In this document: positions 30,315 to 38,786 of the stretch, piece after piece
Layout: each line of letters begins with the position of its first letter
How positions within the stretch are numbered: position 1 is the first letter of the stretch
Origin: Candidatus Eiseniibacteriota bacterium
GTDB taxonomy: Bacteria > Eisenbacteria > RBG-16-71-46 > CAZEPH01
Assembly (NCBI GenBank): GCA_044229145.1
Contig: JBGATO010000021.1
Coordinates: 1 to 54,508 of the forward strand
DNA length: 54,508 nucleotides
Direction of reading: 5' to 3'
Notes under the pieces: model-generated
Told to the model about the DNA's origin: nothing
Database searches by the model: none
The model's input: only the letters and a program-made list of their open reading frames with translations
Position numbers and translations under genes: made by a program

Positions 30315-31498
30315 GCCTGCGCCGGCAGCGCGCACACCTGGATCGATTTCGAGTGATACCGCGGGGCCTGCGCCGCGCCGCCGCCGATTTGTCCGAAGCT
30401 GAGGCAGCCGAATAGCGGGGTACCATCGCCGAGGCCTTTGCGCACCGCGGCGAGTTCGGCGCTGGTCTCGTCGCGCAGGTGCCGCAGCACCATGTCACGG
30501 CTCACGCACGCGAACACCAGTCCGACCGCCGGATCGGCGCCGCGGAGGCCGGCGCGCGCGTCGCGTCCGGCGTGCGTGGCGGCGTCGAGCAGGCTAATGC
30601 GGTTGCCGAGCATCACGCGTACCGCGCCGTCGGCCGGCACGTCGGCGCAGCAGACGATGGAGCCGTCGTCGTTGAGTTGCAGCGGGCTGCGCAGCACGAA
30701 GTCGCCGTCGTCGGTGGGCACGCCGAGCGGGTGCAGCATGGCGAAGTCGACGAAGCGCGTGGCGGGCACGTCGCCGAGGCCGAGGGCGCGCACCGCATCG
30801 GCATAGCGCGCGAACGCCGGGCGGCCGTCGAGTTCGCACACCACGCGGCCACGCGCACGGGTGACCCGCATGGGCGGACCCCACGGCGCGCAGCCATGGT
30901 GGAGGCCGATGCCTGCCGGCGCATGTGTCCCGAGCGCGGTGGCCACCACGGCGTCTTGCACCACGCGGTCGCCGGCGAATTGGAAGCTCTCGACGAAGTG
31001 GAGGTCGTCGCCGGACCCGCCGCCCACCACGCGCACCGCGGTGCCCGCCGCGTCGGCGACGCCGCGCACCGCCTCGGACGAGTTGGCGCGCACCGCATCC
31101 GGCAGGACGGCGAGCAGCGTGTGGGGCCGGCCACCGTTCGCGCGGCGCAACGCCTCGCCGGCGGCGCGGGCGCCGGCGCCACGCCCGTCGCGACTGGCGT
31201 CTTCGCCGACCGCGTGGGTCACCGTGACGCCGCCGCTGAGCGCGAGCACGCCGATGCCGTCGTGCGTCACGACGTCATCGCAGAACACGCCGGGAACGCG
31301 CCCGCCGGTAACCGGAGCGTCCGCGACGACGTCCTGGACGCCGGCCAGCACCGCCTGCGCGTCGTAGCCCTCGGTGGCGAACACCCACACCGCATCGGCG
31401 CGCCGGCCGTCGAGCCGGTCGCATGCGGCGCGTGTCGCCTCGCGTGCCGCGGCGCGCGCATCCTGTCCCCGCCGCAATGCCTGTCCGCTCCGCAGCAT
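30311..31498 (-). CDS. FIST (NosP-like) sensory protein
   Basis: VVGGGSGD, G..HG..P.G....VTRA.GR.V.ELDGRPA, HPLG, LRSP, FACVSR, G..SFGQI; RBS AGGAGG. Confidence 0.88.
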   Translation of the reverse strand: MLRSGQALRRGQDARAAAREATRAACDRLDGRRADAVWVFATEGYDAQAVLAGVQDVVADAPVTGGRVPGVFCDDVVTHDGIGVLALSGGVTVTHAVGEDASRDGRGAGARAAGEALRRANGGRPHTLLAVLPDAVRANSSEAVRGVADAAGTAVRVVGGGSGDDLHFVESFQFAGDRVVQDAVVATALGTHAPAGIGLHHGCAPWGPPMRVTRARGRVVCELDGRPAFARYADAVRALGLGDVPATRFVDFAMLHPLGVPTDDGDFVLRSPLQLNDDGSIVCCADVPADGAVRVMLGNRISLLDAATHAGRDARAGLRGADPAVGLVFACVSRDMVLRHLRDETSAELAAVRKGLGDGTPLFGCLSFGQIGGGAAQAPRYHSKSIQVCALPAQA

Positions 31499-31680
31499 CT
31501 CGTGCGTCCCTCCTGGATGACGATCGATGGCGTGAAACGCTCTCGCGCGATAGATCGGCAGATCGCGCGGTCTTCCGCACGGTTCGGAGGGGGAAGTGGC
31601 GACAGGAGCGGCGGTTGGCCCGGCTGGCGCACCCGCGGAAGCCGTGGCGGGCGGCCCGGCCGTCGTGTAGGGTCCGCGGC

Positions 31681-32604
31681 ATGGACTCCGACTCTTCCGC
31701 GCCCTTCGCGCGCGCCGCCATCGTCGGCTGCGGCCTGCTCGGCGGTTCGGTGGCGCTCCGGATTCGCCAGGCCCGCGTCGCCGCGCGGATCGCCGGCTGT
31801 GCCGCCACCGCGGCGGAGGCCGAGACGGCCCGCAGCCTCGGAGTGCTCGACGAGGCCGCCGACTCCATCGCCGCGTGCGTCCGCGACGCCGATCTCGTCG
31901 TCCTGGCGACGCCGGTCGGCGCGATGCCCGACGCGTTGCGCGCCATCGCCCTGGCGTGCCATCCGCGCGCGCTGGTCACCGACGTCGGCAGCACCAAGCG
32001 TGGCGTCGTGGCGGCCGCGGATGCGATCTTCGGCCCCGGCGGCGTCTCGCCACGCGGGCCGGTGTTCGTCGGCGCGCACCCGATGGCCGGCACCGAACAC
32101 AGCGGCGCCGCGCACGCCAGCGCCACTCTGCTCGACGGGGCGCCGCTGCTGCTGACGCCCGGCGACGACACGCCGATCGACTCGCTCGAACGCGCCACCG
32201 ACTTCTGGGAAGCGCTCGGCCTGCGCGTCCACGTGATGTCCGCCGAGGCGCACGATCAGGCGGTGGCGATCACCAGCCACCTGCCGCGCCTTCTCGCTTC
32301 GCTCTTGGTCGAAACCGCCGAGAGCGGCGTCACCGGACGCGACCGGCCGTTCGTCATCGGGCCGGGCTTCCGCGGGGCGACGCGCACCGCGGTGTCGGGG
32401 GGCGGCATCTGGCGCGACATCCTGGCGGAGAACGCCGACGCGGTGCGCATGGCACTTGCCGCACTCGGCGACGCGGCCGGCCGGGCCGATGCGCTGCTCG
32501 ACGCCGCGGCACGCGGCGAGCGCGCGGGCCTCGATGCGTGGCTCGACGCGACCGCCGACGGCGCGCGGGCGGTGGCCGCGACGAATGGATCGCCGCGTGG
32601 CTGA
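31681..32604 (+). CDS. tyrA: Prephenate/arogenate dehydrogenase
   Basis: GCGLLGGS, DVGSTK, GAHPMAGTE, HD..VA..SHLP. Confidence 0.9.
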   Translation: MDSDSSAPFARAAIVGCGLLGGSVALRIRQARVAARIAGCAATAAEAETARSLGVLDEAADSIAACVRDADLVVLATPVGAMPDALRAIALACHPRALVTDVGSTKRGVVAAADAIFGPGGVSPRGPVFVGAHPMAGTEHSGAAHASATLLDGAPLLLTPGDDTPIDSLERATDFWEALGLRVHVMSAEAHDQAVAITSHLPRLLASLLVETAESGVTGRDRPFVIGPGFRGATRTAVSGGGIWRDILAENADAVRMALAALGDAAGRADALLDAAARGERAGLDAWLDATADGARAVAATNGSPRG

Positions 32605-33976
32605 GCGCGTGCTCGCCCTTACGGCGGACGGCGGACTCGAAGCGCGGCCCGGCGCGCGCCTGCGCGGCGCGGCCGCGGTGCCGGGCGACAAGTCGCTCTC
32701 GCACCGCGCACTCTTGTTGCCGGCCCTCGCCGACGGTGTCACGGTGGTGCGTGGACTCAATGCGGGCGAGGATGTCGCCTGCACCCGCCGTGCACTCGAG
32801 GCGTTCGGCGTACGGATCGATGACGCGGTCGACGGCGCGCTGCGCATCACCGGCGTCGCGGGACGTGTCGGCGAACCCGCCGACGTGCTCGACGTCGGTA
32901 ACTCGGGCACCAGCTTGCGGCTGCTTGCCGGGGCCGCCGCGATGGGCGAGGGGTTGAGCGTGTTCACCGGCGACGTGTCGTTGCGCCGCCGTCCGGTGGC
33001 CCGGGTCACCGAACCGCTCGTGCGCATGGGCGCCGTCTGCGACGCACGCGACGGCGGCCGGCGCGCGCCGCTCGTCGTCCGCGGCGCCGGCCACGCATTG
33101 CACGGCGGCCGGCTGCGCGCGGCGCGGGAGGATCTCCCGGTGGCCTCGGCGCAGCTCAAGTCCGCGCTCCTGCTCGCCGGGACGGGCGCGCACGGCGTCA
33201 CCTCGCTCACCGAACCGCACCTCTCGCGCGATCACACCGAACGGCTGCTCACGGCGTGCGGCGCGCCGGTGGCGACGCGCGCCGGCCGTCTCGAACTCGA
33301 CGGCCCGTGCGTGCTGCGCCCGCCGCACGATGGCGTGCTCGAGGTCGCGCGCGATCCGTCGGCGGCCGCCTTCCTCGTCGTCGCGGCGCTGCTCTGCCCG
33401 GACTCCGAGGTGCGAATCCCCGGCGTCTGCGTGAACCCGACGCGCACCGGCTGGATCGACGTACTGCGTGCGATGGGCGGCGACGTCACGATCGAACCGT
33501 CGACGAGCGTCGCGAGCGGCGGCGAGCCGGTCGGCACGCTGATCGCCCGCACCTCCGCCCTGCACGGCGCGGCGATCGCGCCGGCGCAGGTGCCGTCTTT
33601 GGTCGATGAAGTGCCAATCCTCGCCGTCGCCGCCGCGTGCGCCTCGGGCACCACGACGCTGCGCGGCGCCGAGGACCTGCGGGTCAAGGAGAGCGACCGC
33701 CTGCGCGGGATGGCCGCGAACCTCGCCGCCTGTGGCGTCACGGTGCGCGAGTTGCCGGACGGTCTCGACATCGACGGCCGGCCCGCCGCGACGATCCACG
33801 CCGCGCGCGTCGCCGTCGAACACGATCACCGCATCGCCATGGCGTTCGCGGTGCTCGGTCTGGTGGCGGGCGGGCGTGCCGCCGGCGGTCCCGCGGCGAT
33901 GACCATCGATGACGCGCGGCCGATCGCCACCTCGTTCCCCGGCTTCGTCGACACGCTGGCCGCATTGGCCCGGTAG
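32597..33976 (+). CDS. aroA: 3-phosphoshikimate 1-carboxyvinyltransferase (EPSP synthase); start 32597 or 32585
   Basis: PGDKSLSHRA, GNSGT, ASAQLKSA, SRDHTER, RVKESDR, DHRIAMAF. Confidence 0.96.
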   Translation: MAERVLALTADGGLEARPGARLRGAAAVPGDKSLSHRALLLPALADGVTVVRGLNAGEDVACTRRALEAFGVRIDDAVDGALRITGVAGRVGEPADVLDVGNSGTSLRLLAGAAAMGEGLSVFTGDVSLRRRPVARVTEPLVRMGAVCDARDGGRRAPLVVRGAGHALHGGRLRAAREDLPVASAQLKSALLLAGTGAHGVTSLTEPHLSRDHTERLLTACGAPVATRAGRLELDGPCVLRPPHDGVLEVARDPSAAAFLVVAALLCPDSEVRIPGVCVNPTRTGWIDVLRAMGGDVTIEPSTSVASGGEPVGTLIARTSALHGAAIAPAQVPSLVDEVPILAVAAACASGTTTLRGAEDLRVKESDRLRGMAANLAACGVTVRELPDGLDIDGRPAATIHAARVAVEHDHRIAMAFAVLGLVAGGRAAGGPAAMTIDDARPIATSFPGFVDTLAALAR

Positions 33977-34011
33977 AGAGGTCCGCCGGGAGTTGTGGTA
34001 GAGTGCGGCCG

Positions 34012-34782
34012 ATGCACGCTGATTCCCACGCCGCCCCCGCCATTCGCCGCCGTGTGATCGTCACCTTGGACGGTCCCGCGGGTTCCGGAAAGAGCACGAC
34101 CGCCCGTCGTCTCGCCGAAGCGTTGGGCTACCTCTACGTCGATTCGGGCGCCCTCTACCGCGCACTGGCGCTGGCCGTCTTGCGCGCGGACGTCGATCCC
34201 GGCGATGTCGCCGCCGTCGTCCGCGTGGCGCGCGCCGCCGAGGTCGCGATCTCGTCGCGCGAAGCCGCCACCGCACAGCGCTCGCTCGCCGATCCGCACG
34301 TGTTCCTCGATGGCGAAGACGTCACCGACCTGCTGCGCACCGCGGAGGTCGAACGCGTCGCCTCCACCATCGCGCAGTTGCACGACGTCCGCGACCGTCT
34401 GCTCGCCCTGCAACGCGAAGCGGGGGAGCGCGGCGGCGTCGTCATGGAAGGGCGCGACATCGGCACCGTCGTCTTCCCGCACGCCGAGGTGAAGATCTAC
34501 CTCACGGCGGATCTCGCGGTGCGCGCCGAGCGGCGCTTGCACCAGCGCGAAGCGGCCGGGGTCGCGGCGCCCGGGACGCTCGACGAGATCATGCGCGACC
34601 TCGCGGACCGTGACGAACGCGACTTCACGCGCGCCGAAAGCCCGCTCAAGGTCCCCGAGGGGGCGATCACCGTCGACACCACGCACATCACGTTCGACCA
34701 GCAAGTGGGGCGCATCCTCGATGCGGTGCGCGAGGCGGAGATCGCCGCCGGCGCGGCGGGGCAGGCCGCCTCTACGCAGTGA
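34012..34782 (+). CDS. cmk: Cytidylate kinase
   Basis: DGPAGSGKST, DSGALYRA, VMEGRDIGTVVFP, RDERD..R. Confidence 0.96.
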   Translation: MHADSHAAPAIRRRVIVTLDGPAGSGKSTTARRLAEALGYLYVDSGALYRALALAVLRADVDPGDVAAVVRVARAAEVAISSREAATAQRSLADPHVFLDGEDVTDLLRTAEVERVASTIAQLHDVRDRLLALQREAGERGGVVMEGRDIGTVVFPHAEVKIYLTADLAVRAERRLHQREAAGVAAPGTLDEIMRDLADRDERDFTRAESPLKVPEGAITVDTTHITFDQQVGRILDAVREAEIAAGAAGQAASTQ

Positions 34783-35435
34783 GCGACGCGGCGCCGCGTC
34801 GCGTCGGGGCCGCGGTCCCGATGCGGCCGTATTGGCATCTCGTGCTCGCGGTCGTGCGCCCGTTCTGCCGCCTCGTGCTGGGGCTCGAAGTGCGGGGCCG
34901 CGAACACGTCCCGCCGCACGGCGGTTGCCTGCTCGCCTCCAACCACGTGTCGTTCTGGGATCCGGTCGTCGTCGGCGCCGCGGCGCCGCGCGAGTCGTGG
35001 TTCCTCGCCAAGAGCGAGCTCTTCGCGGTGCCTGGTTTCGGGCCACTGATTCGCGCCCACAACGCCATCCCGATCAAGCGCGCCGCCAGCGACCGCGCGG
35101 GCGTGGACCGCGCCACGCAACTGGTCGGCAGCGGCCGCGCCCTGGTCATCTTTCCCGAGGGCGGCCGGTCGATCCCGGGCGTTTTCCGCCCGCCGCGCCC
35201 CGGCGTCGGCATGATCGCCCTGGATGCCGGGGGAGCGCCGATCGTCCCTGCCTACGTGACCGGGACGCGGCCCGCCTGGCCGTCGGTGTTCCGGCGCACC
35301 CGGGCCCGCGTCACCTTCGGCCCGCCGATCTGGCCGGCCGACGTGCCCGAACTGCAGGGCGCCGACGACCGCGAGGCCGCCCGCATCCTCGCCCGGCTCA
35401 CCATGGAACGGATCGCCGCCCTGGCCGGGCGCTGA
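34779..35435 (+). CDS. plsC: 1-acyl-sn-glycerol-3-phosphate acyltransferase
   Basis: SNHVSFWD (HX4D), FLAKSELF, IFPEG; position between cmk and rpsA. Confidence 0.88.
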   Translation: MSDAAPRRVGAAVPMRPYWHLVLAVVRPFCRLVLGLEVRGREHVPPHGGCLLASNHVSFWDPVVVGAAAPRESWFLAKSELFAVPGFGPLIRAHNAIPIKRAASDRAGVDRATQLVGSGRALVIFPEGGRSIPGVFRPPRPGVGMIALDAGGAPIVPAYVTGTRPAWPSVFRRTRARVTFGPPIWPADVPELQGADDREAARILARLTMERIAALAGR

Positions 35436-35489
35436 GCGGCCCCCACGGCCGGGCTTCGACCTCGTGGGACCGCCGGCGCGCGGCCCCCC

Positions 35490-35518
35490 TTGTGAGCGGG
35501 GCGCCCTGCGGCTATACT
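35490..35518 (+). promoter_or_regulatory. Putative sigma70 promoter of rpsA
   Basis: TTGTGA-N17-TATACT. Confidence 0.7.
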
Positions 35519-35603
35519 GCGCGTTCCTTAAGTGCCGCCTTTCTATCCTTTTCCCGCGTGGCGGTTTCGCGCGGCCTGTACCTGAAACGGAGGCTGTTCC
35601 AGC

Positions 35604-37547
35604 ATGATCGAATCGACGGGGAACGAGGAGCTTCGGATCGAGGACGACAGCGACGAGATGGAGGAAATCCGTCCGCGCAAGCGTGTCGTCACCCGGCGCC
35701 TCTTCGCCGATGACCCCTCCATGGACGAAGCGGGCGAACTCGAAAGCTCGACTCCCGAGGGACGCCTGGCGCAAGAAGAGTTGATGAACCTCTACGAAGA
35801 GTCCATGAAGGATCTCGAAGAGGGCGAAATCGTTCGTGGAACGGTGCTCCGGATCGACGAGAAGGAAGTGCTCGTCGACGTCGGCTTCAAGTCGGAGGGT
35901 GTCATCAACCTCTCCGAGTTCGCCGACCCGACCAGCATCAAGGCCGGTGACCAGATCGAAGTCTTCCTCGAGAAGATGGAGAATCAGGACGGCCTCGTCG
36001 TGCTGTCGAAGCAGCGCGCCGACTTCGTCAAGGTGTGGGACCGCGTCAAGGAGGCCGCCGACCAAGGTCAGGTCGTCGAAGGCCGCTTGGTGCGCAAGAT
36101 CAAGGGCGGTGTCGTCGTCGACCTGTTTGGCGTCGAGGCGTTCTTGCCGGGCTCGCAGATCGCGCTGCGCCAGGTGCAGAACGTCGACCAGTTCATCGGC
36201 CAGACGCTCAAGTTCAAGATCATCAAGCTCAACAAGCGTCGCCGGAACATCGTGGTGTCGCGCCGCGCGGTGCTCGAGGAAGAGCGCGCCTCGGCGAAGA
36301 CCACGCTGCTCAAGGACCTCGCGAAGGACCAGATCCGCGAGGGCCAGGTCAAGAACATCACCGACTTCGGTGCGTTCGTCGACCTCGGCGGCATCGATGG
36401 TCTGTTGCACATCACCGACATGTCGTGGGGCCGCGTCGGCCACCCGAGCGAGGTGGTGCAGATCGGCCAGAAGATCCAGGTCAAGGTGCTCAACTTCGAC
36501 CCGGAGCGCGAGCGCATCAGCCTTGGTCTCAAGCAGCTCCAGCCGTACCCGTGGGAGCACGTCGAGATCAAGTACCCGGTCGGCTCGCGGGTGCGGGGCA
36601 AGGTCGTCTCGATCACCGACTACGGCGCCTTCGTCGAGTTGGAGAAGGGCGTCGAGGGTCTCATCCACATCAGTGAGATGAGCTGGACCCGCCACGTGCG
36701 TCACCCGTCGAAGATCCTCAACGTCGGGGACGAAGTCGAAGCGATGGTGCTCCGCGTCGACAAGGGCAATGAGAAGATCTCGCTCGGTCTCAAGCAGGTC
36801 GAGCCGGACCCGTGGCAGACGATGGACCAGAAGTACCCGCAGGGCATGCGCCTCGCCGGGAAGGTCCGCAACCTGACCAACTTCGGCGCCTTCGTCGAAC
36901 TCGAGGAGGGCATCGACGGTCTGGTGCACATCTCCGACATGTCGTGGACCAAGCGCGTCAACCACCCGAGCGAAGTGGTCAAGAAGGGCGACCGCGTCGA
37001 CGTCGTGGTGCTCGCGGTCGACAAGGAGAACCGCCGGATCTCGCTCGGTCTCAAGCAGACGCGCCCGGACCCGTGGTACAACCTCGCCGAGACCTACCCG
37101 GAAGGCTCGTTCGTGACGGGCAAGGTCAGCAAGGTGCTCGACCGCGGTCTGATCGTCGACATGGCCGAGGACATCGAAGGCTTCGTGCCGATCTCGCAGC
37201 TCGGTCTCGACAACCTGAAGAAGGCGACCGAGTACTTCGAGGTGGGTGAGGACCTGCGACTCAAGGTCAGCAAGGTGGACACCATTCAGCACCGCATCAC
37301 GCTGTCGCTGAAGGCGTCGCTCACCGAGATGGACAAGGACGAACTCGAGGCGTTCAAGAACAACCACTCGACCCGCAAGACCATCGTGCAGGACGAGACG
37401 GAAGGGAAGCCCGAGGGCGGCAAGAAGAAGGGCAAGCGCGACGACGAGGCGGAAGGCGGCGAAGGTGCAGCGGATGCACCGGCCGACGCTCCGGCCGACG
37501 ACGCGGCGCCCGCCGCTGCCGCCGAGGAGACCGGCGAGAGCGCGTAA
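35604..37547 (+). CDS. rpsA: 30S ribosomal protein S1
   Basis: Six S1 repeats (VDVGFKSEG, AFLPGSQI, DFGAFVDLGGIDGLLHITDMSW, RISLGLKQ). Confidence 0.98.
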   Translation: MIESTGNEELRIEDDSDEMEEIRPRKRVVTRRLFADDPSMDEAGELESSTPEGRLAQEELMNLYEESMKDLEEGEIVRGTVLRIDEKEVLVDVGFKSEGVINLSEFADPTSIKAGDQIEVFLEKMENQDGLVVLSKQRADFVKVWDRVKEAADQGQVVEGRLVRKIKGGVVVDLFGVEAFLPGSQIALRQVQNVDQFIGQTLKFKIIKLNKRRRNIVVSRRAVLEEERASAKTTLLKDLAKDQIREGQVKNITDFGAFVDLGGIDGLLHITDMSWGRVGHPSEVVQIGQKIQVKVLNFDPERERISLGLKQLQPYPWEHVEIKYPVGSRVRGKVVSITDYGAFVELEKGVEGLIHISEMSWTRHVRHPSKILNVGDEVEAMVLRVDKGNEKISLGLKQVEPDPWQTMDQKYPQGMRLAGKVRNLTNFGAFVELEEGIDGLVHISDMSWTKRVNHPSEVVKKGDRVDVVVLAVDKENRRISLGLKQTRPDPWYNLAETYPEGSFVTGKVSKVLDRGLIVDMAEDIEGFVPISQLGLDNLKKATEYFEVGEDLRLKVSKVDTIQHRITLSLKASLTEMDKDELEAFKNNHSTRKTIVQDETEGKPEGGKKKGKRDDEAEGGEGAADAPADAPADDAAPAAAAEETGESA

Positions 37548-37574
37548 GCGCCCCGCTGCTCCAGCGCACAACGC

Positions 37575-37608
37575 AACGCCCCCGGTGCCTCGCGGCGCCG
37601 GGGGCGTT
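37575..37608. terminator. Bidirectional terminator-like hairpin
   Basis: AACGCCCCCGGTGCC-TCGC-GGCGCCGGGGGCGTT between rpsA and the convergent porin gene. Confidence 0.75.
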
Positions 37609-37628
37609 CGCATGCGCGGCGAGGCCGT

Positions 37629-38760
37629 CTACGGCAGGCGCGCGGCCAGCGTGAGGTCGAGGCGTTCGGTGGCGCGCGGCGCGCCACCGCGGTGCTCGCG
37701 GGTGCCGCCGGAGACGCAGCTGCGTGCCACCGCTCGGCCGCGCGGCGATCCACACTTCGCCGCCGGTCATGCGCGAGCGGAACCACCACTCGTCGGAGGC
37801 GAAGGCGCCGAGCACCGCCTCGCGCTCCACCGACTGGTACGCGGCGCCGCACTCGATCCGGGCGCGTGGATCGGCGTCGGCGAGCGTCAGGCTCACGCGC
37901 ACCGCGTCTCGCTCGCTGCCGGCGCTCAGGTTGCGCGCGGCGTCGGCGTGGACGCCGGCGGCCACCGCGCCCGCAGCCGTCCGTACGCCGAGCTGTGCGA
38001 TCGCGATCCGGTAGTCGGTGGCGAAGCGGCCCGACGCGACGCGGTTCTGCCGGCCGAGTCCCACGCGCACCAGACTATCGGCACGGCCGAACAGGAACGT
38101 GGCGACCGCGAGGTCCGCGCCGCGCGCCGCGCCGTCGCGAATGCTCCACCGCGCTTCGGCCGCCGCCAGGCGGACGTCGTCGGTGTCGACGTGGCGCGCG
38201 CGCCAGGCGCCGGCGCCGAGGTGCAGCATGTCGAAGCGCGCGGTCGGCGCCGACCACGTGAGCGCGACGCCCAGCGGCCGCAGGTCCGCGTCCCACACCA
38301 GCGAACTCGCGCGCCACGGCACCGCCGCCTGACCGACCGCCACCGCCGCGTCGCCCGCGTGCACCCAGAGCGCCGCACGATCGAGCACCAGCGGACGCGC
38401 CGGTTCGTTGACGCCATCGAGACGCACCAGCGCGCGGCGCTCTGCCGCGTCGCGCGCCCACGCACTCGGCGTGAGGGCGGCGCCCGCCTCCACCTCGACG
38501 CGCGGCGACAGCGTCCACCGCACACCGCCGCGCACACGCGCGTCGTTCTCATGCACCGCCGTGGCGCCGTCCGCGCGGCCCGGCGGCAGCGGCGATGCGT
38601 GCAGCGTGCTGAGGCGCACGTCGCCGTAGGGAGACAGCGGCCGACCGAACAACGCGACGCCGCCCGGGGCGAAGTACGCCGCACTATCGGCGTCGGCCTG
38701 GGCGAACGCGGGAGAGGCCGCGCACACGAGCGCGGCGGTGGTGGCGAGGGCGCGGAGCAT
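37629..38760 (-). CDS. Putative outer-membrane beta-barrel/porin, apparent frameshift near 37710
   Basis: RBS GGAGGAG and signal peptide (..ASPAFA/Q). LDRA, LVWDADLRP.G and VEREAVLGAFASDEWW resemble the 'putative porin' family. A plausible last strand RLDLTLAARLP* lies in another frame. Confidence 0.6.
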
Positions 38761-38786
38761 GGGGACTCCTCCTGGGGAACGGACGG

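Noticed and set aside
31552..31580. Minus-strand GCCGATCT upstream of the FIST gene as a second sigma28 promoter
   Set aside because: Imperfect -10 and no convincing -35 at the right spacing.
34497..37613. 1038-aa minus-strand ORF
   Set aside because: Antisense shadow of plsC and rpsA.
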